Part shown: positions 1 to 9,329 of the stretch, piece after piece
How the letters are laid out: every line of letters begins with the position of its first letter
Numbering within the stretch: the stretch's first letter is position 1
Source: a virus
Direction: 5' to 3' (one strand)
DNA: 64,000 nt
IMG/VR virus record: IMGVR_UViG_3300042346_000188
Coordinates: 1-64,000 of that record
Notes under the pieces: generated by a model
Database searches by the model: none
Told to the model about the DNA's origin: nothing
The model's input: the letters and a program-made list of their open reading frames with translations, nothing else
Translations under genes and position numbers: made by a program

Positions 1-7
1 AATTATA

Positions 8-454
8 GTGTATGTTGTAACACCTCTTGAGAAGACAGTTAATGCAATCCTAGCAAAAACTACAACAATTTCAGCAGTAACACCCTCAATAACTAATATA
101 TTAGCTAATGTTTCAGTAACTTCAATAGTAGCTTCAGGCGAGATTCAAGACTTAGTCTTTGCACCTGTAGTACCAATAACTGTCATTGATGGTAATACGA
201 TAGTTACACCTACATTAGCATACTCTCCTGTTTTAGAAAATATATCAAGCAGTATTAGTATGACGCCTTACACGGCAAGTGCAGCTACTGTTTTACAATA
301 TGAACTAACAGGTGTCGAGAAAGCTCCTACTATTTTGTACTCATCGCTAGATGCAGAGTATGTTATGGATGGGTATCTCGATGATGGTTATGTTTATAAA
401 GGCCAATTATACATATTAGATGGGTATCTGCTAGAAGGATACATCGAATTATAG
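8..454 (+). CDS. Hypothetical virion-associated protein (start uncertain, near window edge)
   Basis: ORF rich in T/V/S with C-terminal Y-x-x-D-G-Y repeats; heads a run of closely spaced + strand genes. Confidence 0.5.
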   Translation: MYVVTPLEKTVNAILAKTTTISAVTPSITNILANVSVTSIVASGEIQDLVFAPVVPITVIDGNTIVTPTLAYSPVLENISSSISMTPYTASAATVLQYELTGVEKAPTILYSSLDAEYVMDGYLDDGYVYKGQLYILDGYLLEGYIEL

Positions 455-463
455 GAGTAACAA

Positions 464-721
464 ATGGTTCAGCTAGTTACAAGAATTAGTAAAGGATCTC
501 CGTTAACCTACTTAGAGATGGATAACAATCTTGTCTCGCTAAAGACTGGAATTGACACACTAAGCACAACTGTAGAATCTTACATTACAGATAATGATGT
601 TGTTGTGTCCTTTAAAGCAGATAGAAGTGAATTGGCAACTGTTGCCTTCTCAGGAGATTACAGAGATCTTTTAAACAAACCACAGCTAGTAAACGCTAGT
701 TGGAAAATTTTTGAGGAATAA
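464..721 (+). CDS. Small fibre-associated structural protein
   Basis: AGGAG RBS; KGSPLTYLEMDNNL and LATVAFSGDYRDLLNKP motifs typical of phage fibre proteins. Confidence 0.55.
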   Translation: MVQLVTRISKGSPLTYLEMDNNLVSLKTGIDTLSTTVESYITDNDVVVSFKADRSELATVAFSGDYRDLLNKPQLVNASWKIFEE

Positions 722-723
722 TA

Positions 724-1692
724 ATGGCAAATGTAAATGATGTAACAGTAAATTATAACTTCCCAATCCCTAATTTAAATAATACAATTACGTATGATAT
801 TGGTAGATTGAGAACAGCGTTAAGTAGTATGGATGCTTTGTTTAGCACACATGCTGCAGCAATTAATACAAAAGAAGCTACTGCTAATAAAGGCGTAGCA
901 AACGGCTATGCACCATTAGGCGCAGATACTTTAATCCCTTCACAATATCTTCCTAGTTATGTAGATGATGTTGTAGAAGCAGCTGCTCTTGCTAACTTCC
1001 CTGTAACAGGTGAAACTGGTAAGATCTACGTTGCAACAGGCACTGGTAAGACTTATAGATGGTCTGGTAGTGTATATGTTGAAATCAATACATCTGTTGG
1101 TAGTGCAGACACATCTGTTAAGTTAACAACACCAAGAACTATTAGTACTACAGGTGATGGTGTTTGGTCTGTAACATTTGATGGTACTGCAAACGTAACA
1201 GCAGCATTGGCACTTAAAAATAGTGGTGTTACTGCAGGTACTTATGATACTAGTCCAACAGCTATTACTCCAATTACTGTTGATGCACAAGGCCGTATTA
1301 CAGGTACAGGCACAGCTGTAACAATTACACCTGCTTTTGCAAGTCTTACTGGTGTCCCTACAACTGTTGCTGGTTATGGCATTACCAATGCATATACCAA
1401 AACAGAAGTAGATACGGCAATTACTAATGGTACTCCAAGCTTTACCACATTAACAGGTAAACCTACAACTCTTAGTGGTTATGGTATTACAGATGCAGCG
1501 ACTAGTGCGGCTTTAACCGCACATGCTGATGATGCTGCATTGCATTTAACTGCAGGCCAAAATACATTTATTGACGCAATCACTGCTTCATCGGCTGAGG
1601 TTAATTATCTTGTTGGTGTTACCTCTGCTATTCAAACACAACTTAATGCTAAATTAACAAAATCAGGCGCTACTTGGGCTGACTTTACATAG
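724..1692 (+). CDS. Tail-fibre-like protein
   Basis: KGVANGYAPLG, PSQYLPSYVDDV, ITVDAQGRIT and PTTLSGYGITDA motifs typical of phage fibres. Confidence 0.65.
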   Translation: MANVNDVTVNYNFPIPNLNNTITYDIGRLRTALSSMDALFSTHAAAINTKEATANKGVANGYAPLGADTLIPSQYLPSYVDDVVEAAALANFPVTGETGKIYVATGTGKTYRWSGSVYVEINTSVGSADTSVKLTTPRTISTTGDGVWSVTFDGTANVTAALALKNSGVTAGTYDTSPTAITPITVDAQGRITGTGTAVTITPAFASLTGVPTTVAGYGITNAYTKTEVDTAITNGTPSFTTLTGKPTTLSGYGITDAATSAALTAHADDAALHLTAGQNTFIDAITASSAEVNYLVGVTSAIQTQLNAKLTKSGATWADFT

Positions 1693-1699
1693 GTGATTT

Positions 1700-2284
1700 A
1701 TGGCGAATACTAATACAGTCACTACAAACTATTCTTTACCAGTCCCTGAATTGACTAATACATTAGTATATGACATTCCTAGGATTAAGACAGCATTGCA
1801 GGCAGTCGATACCGCATTATTTGGAAAGCAAGCTACATTAGTTTCTGGCACTAATATTAAAACTGTTAACGGTGTTAACCTATTAGGCTCAGGGGATATA
1901 ACTGTTGCAAGCAGTGGTGGAGGATTAGCAGCTACTACAATTAAAACAGCTGCATACACTTCAGTCGCTAATGACCTGGTCAGATGTAATACTGCAGCAG
2001 GTGCTTTTAATGTTACATTCCCAGCATCACCTTCTGACGGTGCCACAATTGGTTTTGTCGATACTAATAATTCCTTTGGCACAAATAACTTAACAATACT
2101 TCCAAATACTGGACAAACAATAGAATCAGACAATACATCATTTATATTAGATATTAGTGGTGCGGCTGTTTCATTTGTTTATACTGGTACTAATTGGAAG
2201 TTATTACAAACACCGTCTGTCCCAGCGACAGCAATATTAACAACTGGCAAGGCTATTGCCATGTCTATCGTCTTTGGAGGTTAA
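1700..2284 (+). CDS. Fibre/virion accessory protein
   Basis: N-terminus resembles that of 724..1692 (VT.NY..P.P.L.NT..YDI.R..TAL); contains TNIKTVNG module. Confidence 0.55.
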   Translation: MANTNTVTTNYSLPVPELTNTLVYDIPRIKTALQAVDTALFGKQATLVSGTNIKTVNGVNLLGSGDITVASSGGGLAATTIKTAAYTSVANDLVRCNTAAGAFNVTFPASPSDGATIGFVDTNNSFGTNNLTILPNTGQTIESDNTSFILDISGAAVSFVYTGTNWKLLQTPSVPATAILTTGKAIAMSIVFGG

Positions 2285-2674
2285 ATGGCTAGTCCAAATA
2301 TAGTAAACGTGGCAAACATCTATGGCAGAACAACCTATCTAACACCTAGTGTTGCTACTAATGTTGTATTATTGACCAACGCCGCGTCTAGTGGTAAAAT
2401 TTTAAAGTTAAATACAATATTAGCAACCAATGTTGATGGTGTAAGTTCTATAAATGCTACTGTCTCCTTGTATACTAATGGTGCGGTGGCTCAAGGATCT
2501 GCTCCCAGCGGTGGTACAGCGTTTCCTTTGATATTTACAGTTTCAGTTCCTCCGGGTGCTGCTTTATCCTTGTTAGATAAATCAATATATTTAGATGAAA
2601 ATATGTCTATTGTTGTAACGTCAGGTACGGCTAGCAAGCTTAATTACACTATTTCTTATGATGAGATTTCCTAA
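2285..2674 (+). CDS. Phage virion accessory protein
   Basis: GGAGG RBS; MASPNIVNV...ISYDEIS, beta-rich small protein coupled to neighbours. Confidence 0.5.
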   Translation: MASPNIVNVANIYGRTTYLTPSVATNVVLLTNAASSGKILKLNTILATNVDGVSSINATVSLYTNGAVAQGSAPSGGTAFPLIFTVSVPPGAALSLLDKSIYLDENMSIVVTSGTASKLNYTISYDEIS

Positions 2675-4017
2675 TGGCTAAATATCAAGGAGGTATGATT
2701 GGAAGCTTAGCGAATAACCCCGATGGTACTAACTATACTGGTAAAGCTAATGGTGTCTTTTCATTACCGCAACAAATTGTTAATAAACGTTCATCTACAT
2801 GGGCAATAGGTCAGACAAAGCCTAATCCTCCGACAATTGGAACTGCTGGCGCTATTAATAATACTTCAATTTCAGTGGCATTTATCCCCCCTGTACAGAA
2901 TGGCGGATCTCCTATAACAAACTACACTATTACAAGTTCTGGCGGACAAGTTGTAACTGGGGCAAGTTCTCCTATAATTGTAACCGGCTTAACTACTGGA
3001 ACGAGTTATACTTTTACAGTTACGGCAACTAACGCAATAGGGACGAGCATTAGTTCAAGTCCTTCAATCGCTGCGTTAGCGCAAAATGCTAAAATATTTT
3101 CAATATCTCCAGCTGTATCTGGCAAAACTACTTGGAATCTAGCAATTGATGGCCAATTAACATTACCTTCTGCAGGTACATGGACAATTGTTCCACAAAC
3201 CGCTTTTACAGCTTCCACAGAAATGTGGGGTGCAGGTGGCGGTGAAGGTTGGAATGAAGCTACTGCGACTAAACGATATGGAGGAGGTGGCGGTTATTCT
3301 TCAGCCACAGTTTCATTTGAAATAGGTGCTACTTATTATTTAATCGTAGGTGCTGGAGGACGAGGTGGCCCTGCAACAAATACTGTTTCTAGTGCATCTA
3401 CAAGCTATTTAGGCGGTGCTTCTGGTGGTTCCAGAGTTCCTGATAAATTATGGGGAGGTTCTGGTGGCGGTCTTAGCGGTATTATTACTTCATCGATTAC
3501 ACAGGCCAATTGTATATTAATTGCAGGTGGCGGTGGCGGTGGTTCTGCTTCATATGGTGATACTGGCAGTAAAGGCGGTGCTGGTGGGGGTACTACTGCA
3601 CAAGCTGGTGAAAATATAACTCTTTCAGGTGGGGGTGGAACACAAGTTAGCGGTGGAACAGCTGGTTCTAGTAGTGGTGCGGATATTACATCACCGGCAG
3701 CTGGTATTGCCTTACAAGGCGGTATAGGCGGTAGTGCATCTGCAACTACTGGCGGTGGCGGTGGCGGAGGTGGTTATTTCGGTGGCGGTGGCGGTGCTGT
3801 TAATGGTGGTAATTCTGGTGGTGCAGGTGGCGGCGGTAGCGGATTTATAAATACTGTTTACGCATCCAATGGCACTTTATTAACTGGTGCACGCGAACAA
3901 CCTGGAAATGCTGCTAGTATTAACAGAGGGACTGCTGGAATGGGGGGTGCTGGCCAAGGTGCTGGCGGAACTGGCTCTGCATCAGGCAATCCTGGAAAAA
4001 TAATAATAGCTTCTTAA
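2674..4017 (+). CDS. Fibronectin type III plus glycine-rich protein (putative adhesin)
   Basis: FN3 pattern (PNPPTI...NGGSPITNY...GLTTGTSYTFTVTATNAIGTS) followed by polyglycine motifs. Confidence 0.65.
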   Translation: MAKYQGGMIGSLANNPDGTNYTGKANGVFSLPQQIVNKRSSTWAIGQTKPNPPTIGTAGAINNTSISVAFIPPVQNGGSPITNYTITSSGGQVVTGASSPIIVTGLTTGTSYTFTVTATNAIGTSISSSPSIAALAQNAKIFSISPAVSGKTTWNLAIDGQLTLPSAGTWTIVPQTAFTASTEMWGAGGGEGWNEATATKRYGGGGGYSSATVSFEIGATYYLIVGAGGRGGPATNTVSSASTSYLGGASGGSRVPDKLWGGSGGGLSGIITSSITQANCILIAGGGGGGSASYGDTGSKGGAGGGTTAQAGENITLSGGGGTQVSGGTAGSSSGADITSPAAGIALQGGIGGSASATTGGGGGGGGYFGGGGGAVNGGNSGGAGGGGSGFINTVYASNGTLLTGAREQPGNAASINRGTAGMGGAGQGAGGTGSASGNPGKIIIAS

Positions 4018-4033
4018 TTTATGAGGATAACAC

Positions 4034-5011
4034 ATGTCTAAAAGCTTATCCTCGATTTTACGGGGAACAAATTATGGTACACTACCAATATCTGCGGGTG
4101 GTACAGGCGGTAATACAGCGGCTACAGCATTAACAGCTTTAGGGGCACAAGCTATATTACCTGCAGCTAATGGTAGCGCAAATGGTTACTTAACATCTAC
4201 TGACTGGACTACGTTTAATTCTAAACTAAGTTCATATACGTTGCCAACCGCTGGTGCATCTACATTAGGTGGTATTAAAGTCGGCACTGGATTAACTATT
4301 GATGTTAATGGCATACTCACAACTACTAATAGCGGCACAGTAACTTCAGTAGCAGGCACTGCACCTATAGTTTCAAGTGGCGGTGCAACACCTACTATCA
4401 GCATAGCCGCTGCCACTACATCAGTAAGTGGCTATCTAACATCTACAGATTGGAATACATTTAACTCTAAGCAAGCTGCTCTGGTATCTGCAACTAATAT
4501 TAAAACTATCAATGGCACTACACTATTGGGTTCTGGTGATTTGGTTATTAGTGTCGGTGGCGGAGCAAATACATTTACTTCATTACAGACTTTTTCTGGC
4601 TCTAGCACACAACTCGCCACAGTTTTTACTAATATGGCTGAGGTCACAACTGTAACAACATTACCTAGTGCTACTTTAACTTATTACACTGCTAGTCAAT
4701 CTGTAATACTTTTCACAAGTAACGCAACAACTAACTGGACGCTCAACATAACCCATTCAGCGGGAACAACGCTAAATACAGCTTTAGCTATTGGGCAGTC
4801 GATTACAATTGCATTTGTTGTTACTAACAGTGCAGTCCCTTATTACAATTCAGTCACGAAGATAGATGGTGTAACCGTCACACCAAAATGGCAAGGCGGA
4901 ACAGCACCAACAGCAGGTAATGCAAGTTCACTAGATACTTATAGTTTTACTATTATTAAAACAGCCGCTTCTACATACACTGTATTAGCTTCATTAACTA
5001 AATTTGCATAG
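4034..5011 (+). CDS. Fibre-like protein with internal repeats
   Basis: Duplicated GYLTSTDW.TFNSK; TLGGIKVG and TNIKTING modules. Confidence 0.6.
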   Translation: MSKSLSSILRGTNYGTLPISAGGTGGNTAATALTALGAQAILPAANGSANGYLTSTDWTTFNSKLSSYTLPTAGASTLGGIKVGTGLTIDVNGILTTTNSGTVTSVAGTAPIVSSGGATPTISIAAATTSVSGYLTSTDWNTFNSKQAALVSATNIKTINGTTLLGSGDLVISVGGGANTFTSLQTFSGSSTQLATVFTNMAEVTTVTTLPSATLTYYTASQSVILFTSNATTNWTLNITHSAGTTLNTALAIGQSITIAFVVTNSAVPYYNSVTKIDGVTVTPKWQGGTAPTAGNASSLDTYSFTIIKTAASTYTVLASLTKFA

Positions 5012-5019
5012 GACGTAAT

Positions 5020-5973
5020 ATGCCTAGTTTAATTACATTTGGCGGTGGTTCGGTAAAATCGTTTGGTGGTACTAGACATAAGCAAGTGTCAGGAAGTGCG
5101 CCTGGCACATATTATCCCCCTGTAATGGCTGGTGAGTTAGGCGTTACTATTCAAGGCGCATCTAGTGTATATATGCCACCACAAGGTTCTGCTCGCAAAG
5201 CCTATGCTGTGTTTACTGGTGCTGGTAATTTTCATATAACTTCTGGTTTTGGTACGGTAAATGCAATCATCTGCGCAGGTGGTGGCGGTGGTAGTAACGC
5301 TGCGTACAAAGGACAAGGTGGTGGTGGGGCTGGTGGGTTATTACAAACTACAATTACCAGTACTGTTGGTTCTAATTATGTAATAACTGTTGGGTCAGGT
5401 GGCGCAAACAACACAAAAGGGTCAAACTCATCAGTTGGTTCATATGTTGCACACGGTGGTGGTGGAGGCGGAGGTGTTACCTGGAACTCAGATAAGAGCG
5501 GTGGTTCTGGTGGGGGTGGCGGGTATAATGGAGCTGTTGGTGGAACAGCTGTAGCTGGGCAGGGTAACGCTGGTGGTGCTGGTGTTCACTCTATTAAACA
5601 AACTGTTAGGTCTGGTGGTGGTGGAGGTGGTGCTGGTGCAGCTGGAAGTAATGGAGCTGTTCGAGGTTATGGCGGTGCTGGTGGTGTAGGGTTAGCTTGC
5701 TACCCAGACCAAGGAAGAAACCCATCAATTGTGTATAATCTTGCAGGTGGTGGTGGTGGAGGTTGGTCAGGTATTACTAGTGGTAACGGTAACATATTTG
5801 GTGGTGGTTCTGCGACTGGATATAGTAATCTACCAATTGGTTCTGCTGGAACAGTCAATACAGGTGGTGGTGGTGGTGGCTGTCATACATCTAGCAACGC
5901 TAATTCGAGTGGTGGTTCTGGTATTGTAATCATTGCTTGGACAGTTCAAACAACATCAGGGGGAATAGGCTAA
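5020..5973 (+). CDS. Glycine-rich virion protein
   Basis: Multiple GGGGG runs; GGSGIVII C-terminal motif. Confidence 0.6.
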   Translation: MPSLITFGGGSVKSFGGTRHKQVSGSAPGTYYPPVMAGELGVTIQGASSVYMPPQGSARKAYAVFTGAGNFHITSGFGTVNAIICAGGGGGSNAAYKGQGGGGAGGLLQTTITSTVGSNYVITVGSGGANNTKGSNSSVGSYVAHGGGGGGGVTWNSDKSGGSGGGGGYNGAVGGTAVAGQGNAGGAGVHSIKQTVRSGGGGGGAGAAGSNGAVRGYGGAGGVGLACYPDQGRNPSIVYNLAGGGGGGWSGITSGNGNIFGGGSATGYSNLPIGSAGTVNTGGGGGGCHTSSNANSSGGSGIVIIAWTVQTTSGGIG

Positions 5974-5977
5974 TAAC

Positions 5978-6334
5978 ATGGCATACTTTGCAGAATTAGA
6001 TGAAAACAATATAGTCCTGAGAGTAATATCTGTTGACAATCACATGCTACTTGATGATGACAATATAGAACAAGAACATTTGGGCATATCTTTTTGCCAA
6101 TCTTTACTTGGCGGTAATTGGCTTCAAACAAGCTACAATACTATCGCAAATACACATACTGAAGGTAAACAACCATTTAGGAAAAATTATGCTGGAATTG
6201 ATTTTACTTATAACCAAACATTAGATGCCTTCATACCGCCACAACCTGATTCATTTTATATATTAGATGAAGATACCTGTAAATGGTATGACCCGCTTTA
6301 TGAACCGTTAACCATAGGAGTTTCTCGTGTCTGA
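5978..6334 (+). CDS. Phage hypothetical protein accompanying glycine-rich fibre genes
   Basis: MAYFAELDENN...WLQTSYN...FRKNYAGI...DAFIPPQP pattern. Confidence 0.6.
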   Translation: MAYFAELDENNIVLRVISVDNHMLLDDDNIEQEHLGISFCQSLLGGNWLQTSYNTIANTHTEGKQPFRKNYAGIDFTYNQTLDAFIPPQPDSFYILDEDTCKWYDPLYEPLTIGVSRV

Positions 6335-6692
6335 ACCCGTAACTGATGTAAAAATTGTAGATAATGTATTTGTAAAAATGTTTAAGTTCTTGCGAGAAGG
6401 TGATACGCATAGCGGACATGCCCATGTGTTTGACCATATAACATTGCTATCTATAGGGTCTGTTCGTATGTTACATGACAATGGCGAACAAGTTTACGTT
6501 GCACCTCATTTAATAGTTACACCAAAAGGCATTGCTCACCAGTTTATTGCATTAGAAGCAGGTACAACGATTTGTTGCATACATGCTATTCGTGATGGCG
6601 ATACTGTAGACTCAGTTGCTAAACAAGATATAACCGAAGAAGAAGCCTTTGACTTATTAACAACTTATGATTTGATTTTACCGATAGAATAA
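6327..6692 (+). CDS. Cupin-like protein
   Basis: HSGHAHVFDHITLL...G and a second H(QF) motif consistent with cupin metal ligands; GTG start with AGGAG. Confidence 0.55.
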   Translation: MSEPVTDVKIVDNVFVKMFKFLREGDTHSGHAHVFDHITLLSIGSVRMLHDNGEQVYVAPHLIVTPKGIAHQFIALEAGTTICCIHAIRDGDTVDSVAKQDITEEEAFDLLTTYDLILPIE

Positions 6693-6773
6693 ATAATAAC
6701 GCAATTATATTGAGGGGTCTTCCTTCATGCCCGAGCTAGACGGTTTCTTTCTAGCAAAACCCCGGGGCTTAAT

Positions 6774-6905
6774 ATGTCATTTTTAGACGATTTAAAAGAT
6801 GCAGTAGAAACAGTAGTAGAGGTAGCTGTACCTTTAGCACCTCACGATATCGTAGAAACAGTTGTTGATGTAACAATCGACACTATCGCGGATGCTGTGT
6901 CATGA
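6774..6905 (+). CDS. Small acidic protein (43 aa, not in ORF track)
   Basis: MSFLDDLKDAVETVV...DAVS*; ATGA overlap with next ORF. Confidence 0.5.
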   Translation: MSFLDDLKDAVETVVEVAVPLAPHDIVETVVDVTIDTIADAVS

Positions 6906-7069
6906 AGAATACTTTAGACAAAGCATTTAAAGACGCAGGAAAAGCTATTAATCACACTGTACATGAAGCTGCAGATGTTGCAGAAAAAGTTGTGACTAAT
7001 CCTGATGTACAAGACGTGGCAAAAGAAGTTGCTATTGGCGTTGCTGTTGCAGCGATTACAGCGGTCTAA
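6902..7069 (+). CDS. Small protein with hydrophobic C-terminus (55 aa), possible lysis accessory
   Basis: MKNTLDKAFK...VAIGVAVAAITAV*; ends 2 nt before the endolysin start. Confidence 0.5.
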   Translation: MKNTLDKAFKDAGKAINHTVHEAADVAEKVVTNPDVQDVAKEVAIGVAVAAITAV

Positions 7070-7071
7070 TT

Positions 7072-7527
7072 ATGGAACTTAGCGATAAAGGCGCAGAAGA
7101 CTTAAAAGGTTCTGAAGGGTTTAGATCGCAACCGTATCCAGATGGTGAGGGCGTCCCTACTATTGGCTTTGGCAGTACCTTCTATGAAGATGGTACCAAA
7201 GTTACCATGAAGGACGCTCCCATTACTAAGGAACGAGCGTTACAGCTTTTCAAAGTTACCCTTAAGCAATACGTAAGCGCAGTAGACAAGTCTGTTACTG
7301 TATCCTTAACCCAAAACGAATTCGATGCATTGGTCGAATTAACATATAATATTGGTGGCCCTGCTTTCAAAGGCTCTACACTATTACGTTTATTAAATGC
7401 AGGCGCACCGAAAGAACAAGTGGCTGCTCAATTCCTTAGATGGAATAAAGATAACGGTAAGGTAGTTGTCGGCTTGACCAATAGACGCAAACGTGAATCA
7501 AACAAATTTTTAGGACTTACAAAATGA
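7072..7527 (+). CDS. Endolysin, GH24 phage lysozyme
   Basis: EGFRSQPYPDGEGVPTIGFG catalytic E/D/T pattern; QNEFDALV, YNIG and GLTNRRKRE motifs. Confidence 0.93.
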   Translation: MELSDKGAEDLKGSEGFRSQPYPDGEGVPTIGFGSTFYEDGTKVTMKDAPITKERALQLFKVTLKQYVSAVDKSVTVSLTQNEFDALVELTYNIGGPAFKGSTLLRLLNAGAPKEQVAAQFLRWNKDNGKVVVGLTNRRKRESNKFLGLTK

Positions 7528-7721
7528 GTGAATTAATTGAACCAAAAGCAGTACCAGTTGCGGTAATCAATACTGTTGAAATTGCACCATTCCACTGTCA
7601 AACACCTTCTGATTGGGATTTAACACTAAATGAAGATGGCTCTTTAACAGCGCATAGCCCTGTTTCTGGAGAAACCTTTGAAGGAACAATGGCTAACTTC
7701 AATAAAGCTATGAGAGGCTAA
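7524..7721 (+). CDS. Hypothetical protein
   Basis: Coupled ORF between endolysin and portal. Confidence 0.55.
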   Translation: MSELIEPKAVPVAVINTVEIAPFHCQTPSDWDLTLNEDGSLTAHSPVSGETFEGTMANFNKAMRG

Positions 7722-7722
7722 G

Positions 7723-9318
7723 ATGACAGGCACCGTTAAAACAGTAGCAGATCCTTGTCAGACATACATTCATTTTATATCTTCGTGGGCTAAAAGTCGT
7801 GCTGTTTGTAATGGTGAACGCGCAGTCAAAGAATTAGATGGACATTTAGATTTGATTCGGATGTCTAATCTTTTAATACCCTTTTCTCCTTCAATGAGTA
7901 GTGCGCAATACGATTTCTATAAAGCAGAAGCAGAGCTGCCTGGCATTACTGCACAATTTGCAAAAATGTTAGTAGGTGGCATGTTGCGTAAACCACCTAT
8001 TGTAGAGTTACCAGAAAATGCACCTGAAGATGCTTTGGACTGGATTGTTAATAATATTGGTCGTGATGATTGTACATTAGTTGCCTTTTTAGATGATATC
8101 CTTTGGGAAGAAGTACAGACCTCACGTGCTTGGGTTTTCATTGATTACCCCCGTGTTTCTAACTCAGATCTTCTTGACAAAGAAACCAAAGAGCAAATAA
8201 AGCCTTACCCTATTTTACAGAAAGCTGAAACAATTATAAATTGGTCTACACGTACAAATATGCTTGGCAAAACAGTATTAAATAGGATTATTGTAAAAGG
8301 CTATATGGATGACTACACTACGAATGAATTCCATGCAATTCGTGTACCTGCAGTTTGGGTGCATGAGTTAGATGAGAGTGATGAATATAGAATACGTATC
8401 TACCAAGGTACAATTGCAGATAATGGTGATCAAACTTTAAAACCAGGTGATGCTGCAAACAAGAATGACAGATTGCTTCCAGCAGGAGGATTTCAACTTA
8501 TAGAAGTAATTGATAATATTTTGGCAAATGGCGAAAAATTAAATCACATACCTGCGTGGCCTTTAAATGGAAACATTACACCAATTACTCCATTGCTTTC
8601 TCCAATCGTTGACAAAGAAATTAGCTTATATAATAAAATTAGTAGAAGGAATCATCTATTGTATGGTGCTTCTACCTACACTCCTGTTATTGCTTCTGAT
8701 ATGCCTGATGAAGAGTTTGATGATATTGTACAATCAGGTTTAGGTTCTTGGATACGACTAAGGCAAGGCGATACAGCAACTGTACTGGAAACACCTACAG
8801 CCGCACTATCCGATATGCAAGCTGCAATTTTATCTACAATGGATGAAATGGCTAAGCTTGGCATTAGAATGCTGACAACAGAAAATGAGCAATCTGGTAT
8901 TGCATTAGAATTGCGTAATGCATCTCAGACAGCACAGCTTGCTGTTCTTAGTACCAAAATATCTAATACAATGAAACAAGCAATATGTTTAATGCTAAAC
9001 TGGCGGTATAATATAGACTGCAAAGCTTGTGATATAAAGTTTGAACTATCTGCAGACTTTGACCCAGTGCCATTAGGTGCTGAGTGGTTGAATTTAATTA
9101 CACAGTGGTACCAATCAGGCCTATTGCCTAGACCAGTGTGGTTACAAATGCTTAAAGCAAATGATATACTTAATGCTGAGTATGATGATGAAGAAGCTAT
9201 GGGACAAATTAATCAAGATGAGTTGATTATTCCAGCATCTACAAAGTACAATGATCAATACTCAATGCAAGTAGAAGCAGCTAAACAAGGACAGAAAGCT
9301 AAACCAATTAAAGAATAG
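7723..9318 (+). CDS. Portal protein (DUF4055-like)
   Basis: 531 aa at the start of the head module; AWVFIDYP, IINW, ADFDP motifs and acidic C-terminus. Confidence 0.8.
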   Translation: MTGTVKTVADPCQTYIHFISSWAKSRAVCNGERAVKELDGHLDLIRMSNLLIPFSPSMSSAQYDFYKAEAELPGITAQFAKMLVGGMLRKPPIVELPENAPEDALDWIVNNIGRDDCTLVAFLDDILWEEVQTSRAWVFIDYPRVSNSDLLDKETKEQIKPYPILQKAETIINWSTRTNMLGKTVLNRIIVKGYMDDYTTNEFHAIRVPAVWVHELDESDEYRIRIYQGTIADNGDQTLKPGDAANKNDRLLPAGGFQLIEVIDNILANGEKLNHIPAWPLNGNITPITPLLSPIVDKEISLYNKISRRNHLLYGASTYTPVIASDMPDEEFDDIVQSGLGSWIRLRQGDTATVLETPTAALSDMQAAILSTMDEMAKLGIRMLTTENEQSGIALELRNASQTAQLAVLSTKISNTMKQAICLMLNWRYNIDCKACDIKFELSADFDPVPLGAEWLNLITQWYQSGLLPRPVWLQMLKANDILNAEYDDEEAMGQINQDELIIPASTKYNDQYSMQVEAAKQGQKAKPIKE

Positions 9319-9329
9319 AGGTATTTACC

